From a virus: DNA of 64,000 bases. The stretch is taken from positions 64,001 to 128,000 of the IMG/VR virus record IMGVR_UViG_3300043409_001318. One strand, given 5' to 3'. Positions 43,308 to 53,728 of this stretch are shown here, one piece after another. Every line of letters starts with the position of its first letter. Position 1 is the stretch's first letter. A program made the translations under genes and the position numbers. The notes beneath the pieces were generated by a model. It saw only the letters and a list, made by a program, of their open reading frames with translations. It was not told where the DNA came from and ran no database searches.

Positions 43308-44315
43308 ATGAAAAAAGTATTAGTGTTAGGTGCGGGAGGATTTATTGGTTCTCACCTTGTAAAGCGTCTTAAATCAGAAGGCTATTGGGTTCGTGGAGTA
43401 GATGTAAAATATCCAGAGTTCTCAAAATCTCAAGCAGATGAATTTATACTTGGAGATTTAAGAAACCCAATTATTTGTGATAATGTAGTTGATTACGAAG
43501 TTGATGAAATTTATCAATTAGCAGCAGATATGGGTGGTGCTGGTTATGTGTTTACTGGTGACCACGATGCGGATATTATGCATAATTCAGCTATAATCAA
43601 TCTCAATATTATGGAACAAGCTGTAAAAAAGAAAGTAAAGAAGATTTTTTATAGCTCCTCAGCTTGTATGTATCCAGCTTACAATCAAGAAGATGAAAAC
43701 AATCCAGTTTGTTCTGAGCCTTCTGCTTATCCAGCCGCACCAGATTCGGAATATGGTTGGGAAAAGTTGTTTAGTGAACGTATTTTCTTAGCTCTTATGA
43801 GAAACTATGGAATTCAAGTTCGTGTTGCCAGATACCACAATATATTTGGACCAGAAGGAACTTGGCATGGTGGCAGAGAGAAATCACCAGCAGCTTTGTG
43901 TCGTAAAGTGGCGGAAGCACAAACCACCGATGCAATAGAAGTGTGGGGTGATGGTAAACAAACTCGTTCTTTTATGTATATTGATGAATGTGTAGAAGCT
44001 ACTCGTAGATTAATGGATTCTGATTTCACTGGTCCTGTTAATATTGGTTCTGAAGAAATGATTGCTATTAACGATTTAGCACAAATGGTAATAGATATCT
44101 CTGGCAAATCAATTAATATTAAAAATATTTCTGGCCCTGTTGGCGTTAGAGGAAGAAATTCTGATAATAAACTTTATAAAGAAAAGATTGGTTGGGAAAC
44201 ACAAAAGAAATTAATAGATGGTATTCGTTCCACATATTCATGGATCGAAGAACAAGTAAAAAATAATAGATATTCAGATAACGATCTTAAAGTATTACTT
44301 AAATTAGGAGAATAA
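43308..44315 (+). CDS. GDP-mannose 3,5-epimerase-like NAD-dependent epimerase
   Basis: GAGGFIGSHL, YQLAADMGG, SSACMYP, YGWEK, REKSPAALCRK. Confidence 0.88.
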   Translation: MKKVLVLGAGGFIGSHLVKRLKSEGYWVRGVDVKYPEFSKSQADEFILGDLRNPIICDNVVDYEVDEIYQLAADMGGAGYVFTGDHDADIMHNSAIINLNIMEQAVKKKVKKIFYSSSACMYPAYNQEDENNPVCSEPSAYPAAPDSEYGWEKLFSERIFLALMRNYGIQVRVARYHNIFGPEGTWHGGREKSPAALCRKVAEAQTTDAIEVWGDGKQTRSFMYIDECVEATRRLMDSDFTGPVNIGSEEMIAINDLAQMVIDISGKSINIKNISGPVGVRGRNSDNKLYKEKIGWETQKKLIDGIRSTYSWIEEQVKNNRYSDNDLKVLLKLGE

Positions 44316-44316
44316 A

Positions 44317-44490
44317 ATGCAACTTTCAAATCAAGCAGTAGGAGCTTTAATGCTCGCACTTCAAAAATCACTTATGGAGCAATCCGATATTGTTCCAGTT
44401 ATTAGAGGTTTTCTTCTAATAGACTCAGATGATGGATTGGTCATTACAAACCCTCCAGTTGTCTCTATGGACGAAATAGAACCTAACTGA
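44317..44490 (+). CDS. Small hypothetical protein (57 aa)
   Basis: Own translation MQLSNQAVGALMLALQKSL...; AGGAG SD. Confidence 0.7.
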   Translation: MQLSNQAVGALMLALQKSLMEQSDIVPVIRGFLLIDSDDGLVITNPPVVSMDEIEPN

Positions 44491-44750
44491 TGCCAAGATA
44501 CTCTTACACTTGTACAAGCTGTGAGAGCACAATAGAAGCCTCTCATGGAATAAATGAGAGGCTTTCTTTTTGTGAAGCTTGTAAAACAGATACTCTTAAA
44601 AAAAATCTATCTATTCCAAATATAACTAAACAACCAAATATCAATAATTTGACTAATCGTAAAAATGGTGATATAGTTAAAGAGAAGATCGAAGAATATA
44701 GAAAAGATCTTAAAGAACAAAAGAAAGATCTAAAAGAAAGGAAAATATGA
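44490..44750 (+). CDS. FmdB-like zinc-ribbon protein
   Basis: MPRYSYTCTSC...CEAC. Confidence 0.75.
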   Translation: MPRYSYTCTSCESTIEASHGINERLSFCEACKTDTLKKNLSIPNITKQPNINNLTNRKNGDIVKEKIEEYRKDLKEQKKDLKERKI

Positions 44751-45061
44751 TTATATTAATTATTGCTCTTGTTATTTCTGTAGCGGTTAACATTCTTCTT
44801 GGGTGGTATATAAAAAAGCTACTTCAAAAGATTACAATTTTTACTGAAAGTATCTTTGATATAGTTGAAAAACTAAATCTATTAGGTGGTCATTTAGAAA
44901 CAATTCATCAATTAGAAATGTTTTATGGTGAACCAGTATTACAAAATATGATTAAACATTTAAAAGTTATGGTAGCTGATATTAAAATCTTTAGAGACTC
45001 ATTTATTATCTCCGAAGGACAAGAACAAGAGGAAGTAGTTAATGAAGAAAAACCAGAATAA
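44747..45061 (+). CDS. Small membrane protein (one N-terminal TM helix plus coiled coil)
   Basis: MIILIIALVISVAVNILLGWY. Confidence 0.7.
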   Translation: MIILIIALVISVAVNILLGWYIKKLLQKITIFTESIFDIVEKLNLLGGHLETIHQLEMFYGEPVLQNMIKHLKVMVADIKIFRDSFIISEGQEQEEVVNEEKPE

Positions 45062-45719
45062 TTACTTTAATCAATCACATGAAGATGCGATAGTTAGATA
45101 TGCTATTTCATTAGATCAAAGAGAGCGAACAGAATTATATATTAAGTTTATAGAACCTGCTTTTAATGAAATGGTTGATAAGATAGTATTTACATATAAA
45201 TTTACTACCCTTCCAAATATAGAAGACCTTAGAGACGAATGCAAGATTTGGCTTACTACAATATTAGATAAGTTCAATCCTGCATCTGGTTCTAAGGCTT
45301 TTTCGTATTTCTCTGTTATTACTAAAAATTGGTTTATTCATAAAGTAAAAAAGATAGCAGAACAAAATAAAAGAGAAGTTGCGATAGAAGAAATAACCGA
45401 TATTAAAAAACATGATATTTTAATTGTTCAACATGGTTATTTTGAGGGAAGAGAACAAGAAGAATTTTGGAGAGAGTTTTGGTATGAAATCAATAGTTGG
45501 CAACACATTGAAATGAAACCAAACGAAAGAAGAATAGTTGAAGCAATTAAAATCCTTATGCAAGACCCGGATAGTATTGAGATATTTAATAAAAAAGCTA
45601 TTTATCTTTATATAAGAGAAATAACAGGTCTTAATACAAAGCAAATCGTTACAAACTTACAAAAAATAAGAATGAGATACTTGGAATTTAAAGGAGATTG
45701 GGATTCTGGAAATATCTAG
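45042..45719 (+). CDS. Phage RNA polymerase sigma factor (gp55-like late sigma)
   Basis: NYF, EDLRDEC..WL...LDKFNP..GSKAFSYFS (sigma region-2 pattern); immediately precedes the structural operon. Confidence 0.7.
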   Translation: MKKNQNNYFNQSHEDAIVRYAISLDQRERTELYIKFIEPAFNEMVDKIVFTYKFTTLPNIEDLRDECKIWLTTILDKFNPASGSKAFSYFSVITKNWFIHKVKKIAEQNKREVAIEEITDIKKHDILIVQHGYFEGREQEEFWREFWYEINSWQHIEMKPNERRIVEAIKILMQDPDSIEIFNKKAIYLYIREITGLNTKQIVTNLQKIRMRYLEFKGDWDSGNI

Positions 45720-45737
45720 TTTCTCTCTAATTACAAT

Positions 45738-46040
45738 ATGGCTAGAAAAAAGAAATCAGTTGATGAATATGTTTTGGATGCCATAAACAATATTCAAAAA
45801 GACAGAGAAATAACTACTGAATTACTACAAGATGTAATGGGATATATTGGCAAAGATTCGTCTAACCATGCTTCTGTTGGTCATGTTGCAGCAAAGTATG
45901 TAGAATCATTACAACGTTCAAACGAACAACTTGTTAAATTAACTGCTATTATGCTTAAACGTGAAGGTGGGACGTATAGTGATTTAGATGATGATGAAAA
46001 GACAGATCTTTATGATACAATCAACAAGGAAACTAAATAG
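45738..46040 (+). CDS. Small hypothetical protein
   Basis: CTAATTA at 45727. Confidence 0.7.
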   Translation: MARKKKSVDEYVLDAINNIQKDREITTELLQDVMGYIGKDSSNHASVGHVAAKYVESLQRSNEQLVKLTAIMLKREGGTYSDLDDDEKTDLYDTINKETK

Positions 46041-47170
46041 TGGCTCGCGATCCAATAAATAATAAAGATTTAAACGATAAGTATACTTATGGTTCTTTGA
46101 ATAGAGCAGACGCACAAAGAAATAGAACAGTAAAGTCACCTGTTAAACTATCTAATCCATTGTCAAGTATATTATCCGTAGCAGAAAATCAATACGATCC
46201 AAATCTAACTGATTCTACTGGTCCTTACCGTGCGATTGTACTTAGAAATGAAAATCAATTAGATGATTTTACAGCGGCAGATAGTCAAGTTAGATTTAGT
46301 TTTTTTAAATTGTTTAAAACAGGAACTTCTGTTAGAGCTAGAATACTTGAATATCACCATGCAGCAATACCTATGCCTCCCTCCTTAAGCACAGACGATG
46401 GAGAACATAATTTTTTTATTGATATGCATGATATATTCACAAATAAAGAAGACATTAAAGGTTGTTGTAAAGCAGGAGATATTGTTTTAGTAGATTATAG
46501 AGATAGAAAAAATAAGAAAGACCCCATATTATTAAGTTTGATAAGCTCGGCAGAGCAAGAAATTAGTGACTCGCCTGTCTCTGCTACTGAGGCTGTAGAA
46601 GAATGGCACCCACCTATGCCACCACCAGAACCGATTGTTATTCCAAACGGCGCAGGATATAACCCAGACCCAAGAATATGTGGAGGGAATGTTCTTACTT
46701 ATGCTGAATGTAAAACTGGAAGAATAAATGGCCGTTATGCCAAACTACATCCACAAGTTTATGATAATTTTGAGAAACTAGTTAATGACGCTAAATCACA
46801 AGGTATTGAATTATACCCCGGTAGCACGTTTAGAAGTAATGATGAACAGTTAAACCTAAGAAGGGGAAATTGTAAATATACCAATGAACAAGAACTTAAA
46901 TTTGGAAATGCTACTTGTGATCCTTCTACTGCTCCTTTAGGTACTCCCGGTACAAAAGGCGGTTCAAGGCATTTGTACGGAGAAGCAATAGATGTAGCCA
47001 ACAGTGAAGGAACATTAGGATATAAAAAATCAACTAATACTGCTTTAGGAAGTTCTGCTGTTAGCGAAGCCCAAAAAAAGGCTATAAAATGGTTATTAGC
47101 AAACTGTTCAAAATATAGTTTAATTAATTATAGTGGCGAAGCTTGGCATTATAGCACGGATGGAAGATAA
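46040..47170 (+). CDS. Baseplate-associated protein with C-terminal M15 (VanY-like) zinc peptidase
   Basis: STFRSNDEQ, SRHLYGEAID, EAWHY; N-terminal part resembles a gp5-type OB fold. Confidence 0.7.
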   Translation: MARDPINNKDLNDKYTYGSLNRADAQRNRTVKSPVKLSNPLSSILSVAENQYDPNLTDSTGPYRAIVLRNENQLDDFTAADSQVRFSFFKLFKTGTSVRARILEYHHAAIPMPPSLSTDDGEHNFFIDMHDIFTNKEDIKGCCKAGDIVLVDYRDRKNKKDPILLSLISSAEQEISDSPVSATEAVEEWHPPMPPPEPIVIPNGAGYNPDPRICGGNVLTYAECKTGRINGRYAKLHPQVYDNFEKLVNDAKSQGIELYPGSTFRSNDEQLNLRRGNCKYTNEQELKFGNATCDPSTAPLGTPGTKGGSRHLYGEAIDVANSEGTLGYKKSTNTALGSSAVSEAQKKAIKWLLANCSKYSLINYSGEAWHYSTDGR

Positions 47171-48027
47171 TGAGTATAGTAAACACGGGTATAGCTGGTT
47201 CTTTTAAACCATTAAACAAAGTATCAAGAAAAATATCTGGTGTTGAAGACTTAATATCTTCAACATCTTCAAATTCATATATTATGTTAGGAAAAGATAG
47301 ACCATCTAGTATAGCATCTGGCGAAAGTGGTGCTGGTTCTGATAATTGTGACGCAATAGATATAGTGGCTGGTCCTATGGGTGACGCAGCAACACAATAT
47401 TTAAGTGATGGAACTGTTGTTTTAAACGTTAATCCTAATTTTGCTAAAGATGCTGCAAGAATTTATATAACCCAAAAAGGTAATATAGATAGTTACTTTG
47501 GGTTGGCAGATGGTATACAAGGCGAAAATAAAAGAGTTGGAACATCAATAGGTAAATCAGCCATAGCATTAAAAGCAGACCATTTAAGATTTATATCAAG
47601 AGAGTCAATAAAATTGGTTTCTTCTGGAACTGATGATGTTAATTTAAATGGTGGTGTTTACCTTATAGCTGGGAATGAAGAAGAAAAGTTGGAACCTATG
47701 GTATTAGGAACCAAATTGGTTAATTATATCGATAATAACCTAGTAAAAACTCTATCAGACACCTTACAAATAATTAATGATTTTATAGAATCACAAATGG
47801 AATTTAATGCTAATGTAATGAAACATCAACATATTAGTCCATTTTTTGGTATACCAGTTCCACCAAGCATAGACTTAGCTATTGGTGGAATTAGAGGATT
47901 ATCAAAACAGTTTGCTAATTATATAAACTTAATCAAAGCATCAGGTAATAACGAAATAGCAAATAAATTTCCATTATTACCTTTAAGCAAAAGTCATTTC
48001 TTAAGTACATACCACAAACTAAACTAA
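47170..48027 (+). CDS. Putative baseplate spike/hub protein (gp5 C-terminal-like)
   Basis: beta-rich DAARIYITQK, SAIALKADHLRFISRESIK; position in the tail operon. Confidence 0.55.
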   Translation: MSIVNTGIAGSFKPLNKVSRKISGVEDLISSTSSNSYIMLGKDRPSSIASGESGAGSDNCDAIDIVAGPMGDAATQYLSDGTVVLNVNPNFAKDAARIYITQKGNIDSYFGLADGIQGENKRVGTSIGKSAIALKADHLRFISRESIKLVSSGTDDVNLNGGVYLIAGNEEEKLEPMVLGTKLVNYIDNNLVKTLSDTLQIINDFIESQMEFNANVMKHQHISPFFGIPVPPSIDLAIGGIRGLSKQFANYINLIKASGNNEIANKFPLLPLSKSHFLSTYHKLN

Positions 48028-48041
48028 ACTAAATACAATAC

Positions 48042-49820
48042 ATGGCTACTCATTATCTATCAAGTTCAACAACTGAATCAACTACTCTGTATAGGGTAGC
48101 TTCGTCTAATACTGCCAACGAACAGGTCTTAAACCGAAGTAATCAAACAGTTACTCTTATAGAAGAATTTGAAGGTGTAAATTGTGAATTTAACTTGGTT
48201 CAGTTAAACAATCGTAATGTTTATGTAAAAACAGAAAATTTATTTAGACTTTCTGGAACTCCACCTTCTGCACCACATACTTGTTCGTTTTACTATAATT
48301 CAAATTACCTAAGTCCAGATTGGATTGCTTTACCTTTAAATACTCCATTTTATGATGCGAAACAAACAAAATATCAAATACCAATTTTAACAAATTATAA
48401 AACAATTTCAAATCAAGAAACATTTGAAAAAGAATCAATAAAGCAGGGAACAATAGGATTATTAAAATATTATAATAAAGATACATCAGATCGAAATGTT
48501 AGTAAATTATTATCATATTATAAATTTGCTGATTTTGAAGATTTTTATGTAAGACCAATCAGTAATACAAGAATAAAAGCATTGGTGTCTGTACCAGCAA
48601 AGTATTTTAATGCCGAGCCTTCTTTCCCTAATGTCTTGGATATTGAAAATGGAGTTCAAGTTTTCAATTTATCAACAAAAGATTTAAGAAAAAAATTACA
48701 ATACATTAAAACAATCTTTGAATTTTTCAATAAGTCATTAACCATAACTAACACTACAATAGAAAATTTTTCATTACTAAATGAATATGATAAAATAATA
48801 AATTTTTACGAACAATTGCTAAGGTTATTTGAATTAAATGATTTAGTTATAAAAGATAATGTTGATGAAACCTTAGAAATAGTTTTAGATAATTGTGGAA
48901 GATTTTTTGCTGCTTCCTTAAATAATGGTGAAAGTTGTAACTATGCTGTAGTTGGATTGTCTACTGTTAGGAATAATGAATATGCAAGAAACCCAAGAAC
49001 TTTAAATTTTATAAAAAATATAGATTCTATGTATTTGTTAGATCCTTGTAGAACATCAATAGCTGAATTCTTTACAAGGTATGTTTTATATGCGCCAAAC
49101 GTACAATCAATAGCTGGTATAAAGCCTTTGGCGGAACTTTATAATTTTAATGAATTATTATCATTTGTAACTAATATTGTTAATAAACTTAATAGTGTTA
49201 GTCTTAATACAAAAACTACTCAAGAATATGAAGATATGGAATTGGAAAAACTTAAAGAAGCTATATCCAATTTGAAAAAAACATTTAGTTGGTCCTCATT
49301 CTATGATAAAGAAAAAGATATATTTAATTTTAAGAGTTTTTCAAAAGATTTAGAAAAATTAGATAATATGAAAAAAGAAGGGAGTAAATTTGTAGCATCA
49401 ATGGTTCCAGAGGACACAAAACAAGAATCTGCAAATCGTAGAACTCTAATAAAAAATATTTATAACGTATTAACTTTAAATCAAATCTTATGTAAATTAA
49501 CTCCAAAAGCGTTTAAATGTTTATTTGCTATTTTAGCAACTACAATTGGAGAAGTAACTGGTATAGACGCAACATTAACTTTGGTTACTGTATCTAATTA
49601 CTCTATACAAGAAATAAGAACTAAGGTTTTTCCATATTTAAACGCAGAGGAAAAAAAGATTATTTTGAACGAACTTTTCAATAGATTTTGTTTAACAAAA
49701 CATGATTTAATTACAATACTAAAACAAACTAAAAATTTATCTATTAGAGAAAGTCAATTATTATATTCTAATTCTTTTGAACAAGTAAAACAAAAATTAT
49801 TAAGTGAGATAACCGTATAA
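48042..49820 (+). CDS. Putative tail/baseplate structural protein
   Basis: Operon context only. Confidence 0.5.
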   Translation: MATHYLSSSTTESTTLYRVASSNTANEQVLNRSNQTVTLIEEFEGVNCEFNLVQLNNRNVYVKTENLFRLSGTPPSAPHTCSFYYNSNYLSPDWIALPLNTPFYDAKQTKYQIPILTNYKTISNQETFEKESIKQGTIGLLKYYNKDTSDRNVSKLLSYYKFADFEDFYVRPISNTRIKALVSVPAKYFNAEPSFPNVLDIENGVQVFNLSTKDLRKKLQYIKTIFEFFNKSLTITNTTIENFSLLNEYDKIINFYEQLLRLFELNDLVIKDNVDETLEIVLDNCGRFFAASLNNGESCNYAVVGLSTVRNNEYARNPRTLNFIKNIDSMYLLDPCRTSIAEFFTRYVLYAPNVQSIAGIKPLAELYNFNELLSFVTNIVNKLNSVSLNTKTTQEYEDMELEKLKEAISNLKKTFSWSSFYDKEKDIFNFKSFSKDLEKLDNMKKEGSKFVASMVPEDTKQESANRRTLIKNIYNVLTLNQILCKLTPKAFKCLFAILATTIGEVTGIDATLTLVTVSNYSIQEIRTKVFPYLNAEEKKIILNELFNRFCLTKHDLITILKQTKNLSIRESQLLYSNSFEQVKQKLLSEITV

Positions 49821-52800
49821 TGGCTGAAAATCAAACATGCTTCCCAGAAGTAGAATTTAACGAAGTATTACAAGATAAGATTATCAAATCTGTATTCGAT
49901 AAGTTGTCTACCTGTACGGACGAGCAAACTTTAAAAAATAATATTAATTCAATACTTCAAGAAAAATCACAACAAGGATTGATAAGTTTAGAACCATTAA
50001 GAGAAAGTAATGACGTTCAAGCACAGATTAACCTGCTGATAGAATGTTCGCTGTCAGAGACTAGCAAATTAATCGATGAGAATATTGAAATAGATGCTGC
50101 TTATGTTATCTCTGGTATAGTTAAGTTTATTTGTAATCCTCCAAGTTTTGATTTTCCATCATTAGATCTTTCTTTTAAGTTTTCTTTAAAAGATTTTTTT
50201 ATAAAATTACTTTTTCAATTTATAGATTTACTTACACAAATTTTGTTACAAATAATACAACAAATAATAAATATTGTATTGAATATTTGTGAAACTAATT
50301 TTGAAAGTTTATTGCAGGGTTATGAGAACATTGTAAACATATTATCAAATAGTTTTCAAGAAGCAATCAACTTTAAAATAAACGACATAATTTCGTCTTT
50401 ACAACCATTATTTAGAACATTTGGTTTTAACTCTGATGGAACTTTAATTGAATCTCCAAATTTTATAAGTTGTGAAAGCAATATTGGTTCTATAAGACCA
50501 GTAAATCAATTTCTAAATGACTTGTCTATGATGGTTACACCTTTTGAAATTTGTTCTTTGTTTGAAGGTGTACCAAGTCAACAAACTCTTGAACTAGTTA
50601 GAGAATTATTACAATTTGAATATCCGCTGCTACAAACTAGGTTGTCGGACGATGTGATAGTTACTAACTTCTTTGTTTCAATAGGAAGATTTATTCCATC
50701 TTCTATCTGTAGGAAAATAAGAGAAACTTATACTGATGAATATGCGTATAGTTGTGGAGAAGAATATTCACAAAGAGAGCAAGCTAAATTAAGCATTCTA
50801 AATAGAAATGGTCACACTGAAGAACAATCAAGAGAAGCTATTAGAAGAGAAAGAGAAAGATATTCAAATAGATTAAAAGATTTGGGTTCTTTTGTTGCTA
50901 AATTAAGAGGTGATCCAGAAAAAGTATTTGATTCAGTATCTAATAATATATTCTGTAAAGGCGGCAAAGCTGGTATGGCTTCTTTGTCCGATATACCATC
51001 AGCAGTAGTAACAACAACAATCGTGGTTAATGGTTTTTACAATCCTCTTAAAAGTGCTCACTACAATGATTCATTAAATATACAAGATTTATATTTTAAG
51101 AAACAAACCCAAAGAAAAAAAGTTGCAAGGTTTGCATCGCCAGAAAGGCCCGTAACTATAGGTGGAATACGATATATTGGTGGAGAAACCGTAAAATTTA
51201 AACAAGTTCAAGCATTAGGAAACCCAATTTACTACACCAATAAAGAAGAATTTGCTTTAATGGTCGAAGAATACCAACCAGATGAAAGAATCACATATCA
51301 ATCTACAATTGAGAAAAAAATATATGATTATGTTAAAGGACATTTTGATGATATTGGTCGTATGATCTCCCTTGGAGAAAGTAGCGATGAATATGAATAC
51401 TATTTTGGTGATTCTGGAGGGAATACTTATAGCGTCTCTCAAATTACACAAGTTTATAATCCTATTGTAAACAATCTAGACGAAATAGCAAGAAGAATTT
51501 ATAATGATAAAGTTAAATATTATTCAGATGCTAACATATATGAACGTGCTGCTAATAACATAACAAAAGACGAATTAGTCGGTTATATAACTGAAAGTAT
51601 TGGAAATTCAACGGATGATGCAGAAAATATATGTGAGAAGTTTGTTAAAGCAGGCTTTATTTATACTGAAGAAAAAATTTTTGTTCCTTCTCCAAGCGAT
51701 ATACAAGTAAATTTATTAGATAGTTATTCTACTGATATTAATTTTTCTCTTGATAGAAATATAGAAAATACTTTAGAAGAATTTTTTGATGGGTTAAAAA
51801 TTGTTGTACCATCATTTTCATCTGATTCTTTTACTGTTGGTATAGACGATTATACTGTTACAGTAACTAGAACAGTTGAAACTCCACCTTTAAAAAATAT
51901 TTATACTTTAAGACAATTAAATGTAGAAGATGATGGATTTATTGATGATCGATGGTTAGCCGATATCAATAAAATAAATGCTGCGAATGAAAGTGAAAAA
52001 CAACCTCTTGGTATATTAGAAGAAGTACAACTTTCTAATTTAAATGAATATCAAGGTATGAATCTTGAATTTGACTCTAATAATAACTCATTTTCAAACA
52101 CACAATTAAAATTTCAATCAATTCAAAATATTATAGATCCAAACAAACCACAAGATAATTCAATAATAACAATAAATAAAGTTTATAGAAAACCGACTAC
52201 ATCTTTAAGTGATACCCAAAGAGAACAATATAATAGTTTTCTTACTAAAGAATATGGTATTTCTAATTTGTTTACTACAAACAATACTTTACTTTATGAT
52301 AATAGTGATATAACAACTGGTCCGTTTAGACAACCTACTGATTCTATAATACAGCAACTAAAACAAATTGTACCAAATCCTGTAAGTAACGAATCATTAC
52401 AAATACAAGCATTTAAAGCAATAACAGGTTTTTCATCAACGGCTTACTATAGTATATTTAGTAGTTTTGTTCAAGATGTGTCATTGAACACTAAAATAAC
52501 TCAAGCAAATCCAGAATATAAAAAAATAAAAGATACTATATTAATAATTCCTTTTGAAAGAATAATAGGAATAAACAAAGTAAAAAATACTACATTAACA
52601 GCTTTTTTAAGTGATCCATGCGCTATTTCACAAGATATACAGAAACAAGACGAAATATCATTATTTAATTCATATTTGGTTGAATCAACAATAAAACTAT
52701 TAGTTAGAACTTTTTGTTTAAAAAATGATCTTAAAGATTTATTATCATTAGTAAATATTAATCCATACACCTTTGTAAATAACGACGATACATATATAGA

Positions 52801-53719
52801 ATTTTTATTACAAACATTTAAACAAGATCTTAAAAGATTATCTGGTGGCGATTACTTTTATAATCAAGTCATATTATATATTGAAAAAAGTGTTGATAAA
52901 ATTTTAGAATTGGAAGGTGTATTAATTGATCCAATTTCTGGTCAACAAATAAGTCTCGATCAAGAACTAACAACAGATTTTAAAATTAGATTTTTTATTA
53001 AAAAAGAATACGCAGATATGTTGGTAAGATTAGAAAATATATTTGTAAGTAATAATACACAAAGACAAACAAATTTTGATAATATCAAACGTATTATGAG
53101 AAACAGAGCAGAAACAGCTGGTATTATTATACCAGCAGAATTTGATAATCTATTTTTTGAATATATCTTTCCTGTATCCAAGATTTGTTCCATAGTTAAA
53201 ATTAATAACATAATTTCTATGACTACAAATTATGATAATAGTAACGATACTTATAGTACAACCTTACAAACTTTAAAATCTATGATATTAAATTTTTTAA
53301 ATGATAATTCTGTAGATTGTAATTCTAATTTACCTTCATTCAATCTTGAGCTTCCAGAAATAGACTTAGAATTAATAAAGCAATTTTTAATAAGAGCACC
53401 AATTGAAATTATTAAAGGTATAGCCGAGACTTTCGATCCAAATATTAGAATAGCAAATCCAATAAGAAGATTAACAGAATTGTTTACTGGTAACAACTTA
53501 CCTTGTTTACCATTTTCCCTTGCTTTACTACCAATTGGAACTGTTCCGTTTGGTATTGGCCCTCCAATATTACCACCTTGGGGTTTTGCTTATTTAACTA
53601 TAGATACAGCAGAATACCTATTAACGCCAGCAGAAAAAAATAAAAGATTAAAATTTGCTTTAGGATTAGGTATATTTGATAAATTAGAAGACCTATTTGA
53701 AAAAGATGAAAATTGTTAA
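49820..53719 (+). CDS. Large putative tail/baseplate structural protein (1299 aa)
   Basis: Operon context, directly upstream of the gp25-like gene. Confidence 0.5.
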   Translation: MAENQTCFPEVEFNEVLQDKIIKSVFDKLSTCTDEQTLKNNINSILQEKSQQGLISLEPLRESNDVQAQINLLIECSLSETSKLIDENIEIDAAYVISGIVKFICNPPSFDFPSLDLSFKFSLKDFFIKLLFQFIDLLTQILLQIIQQIINIVLNICETNFESLLQGYENIVNILSNSFQEAINFKINDIISSLQPLFRTFGFNSDGTLIESPNFISCESNIGSIRPVNQFLNDLSMMVTPFEICSLFEGVPSQQTLELVRELLQFEYPLLQTRLSDDVIVTNFFVSIGRFIPSSICRKIRETYTDEYAYSCGEEYSQREQAKLSILNRNGHTEEQSREAIRRERERYSNRLKDLGSFVAKLRGDPEKVFDSVSNNIFCKGGKAGMASLSDIPSAVVTTTIVVNGFYNPLKSAHYNDSLNIQDLYFKKQTQRKKVARFASPERPVTIGGIRYIGGETVKFKQVQALGNPIYYTNKEEFALMVEEYQPDERITYQSTIEKKIYDYVKGHFDDIGRMISLGESSDEYEYYFGDSGGNTYSVSQITQVYNPIVNNLDEIARRIYNDKVKYYSDANIYERAANNITKDELVGYITESIGNSTDDAENICEKFVKAGFIYTEEKIFVPSPSDIQVNLLDSYSTDINFSLDRNIENTLEEFFDGLKIVVPSFSSDSFTVGIDDYTVTVTRTVETPPLKNIYTLRQLNVEDDGFIDDRWLADINKINAANESEKQPLGILEEVQLSNLNEYQGMNLEFDSNNNSFSNTQLKFQSIQNIIDPNKPQDNSIITINKVYRKPTTSLSDTQREQYNSFLTKEYGISNLFTTNNTLLYDNSDITTGPFRQPTDSIIQQLKQIVPNPVSNESLQIQAFKAITGFSSTAYYSIFSSFVQDVSLNTKITQANPEYKKIKDTILIIPFERIIGINKVKNTTLTAFLSDPCAISQDIQKQDEISLFNSYLVESTIKLLVRTFCLKNDLKDLLSLVNINPYTFVNNDDTYIEFLLQTFKQDLKRLSGGDYFYNQVILYIEKSVDKILELEGVLIDPISGQQISLDQELTTDFKIRFFIKKEYADMLVRLENIFVSNNTQRQTNFDNIKRIMRNRAETAGIIIPAEFDNLFFEYIFPVSKICSIVKINNIISMTTNYDNSNDTYSTTLQTLKSMILNFLNDNSVDCNSNLPSFNLELPEIDLELIKQFLIRAPIEIIKGIAETFDPNIRIANPIRRLTELFTGNNLPCLPFSLALLPIGTVPFGIGPPILPPWGFAYLTIDTAEYLLTPAEKNKRLKFALGLGIFDKLEDLFEKDENC

Positions 53720-53728
53720 GGAGACAAA

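Noticed and set aside
48042-53719. Tape-measure protein call for the large ORFs 48042 and 49820
   Set aside because: No Ala/Gly-rich periodic helical repeats typical of tape measures were seen; left as unassigned tail/baseplate proteins
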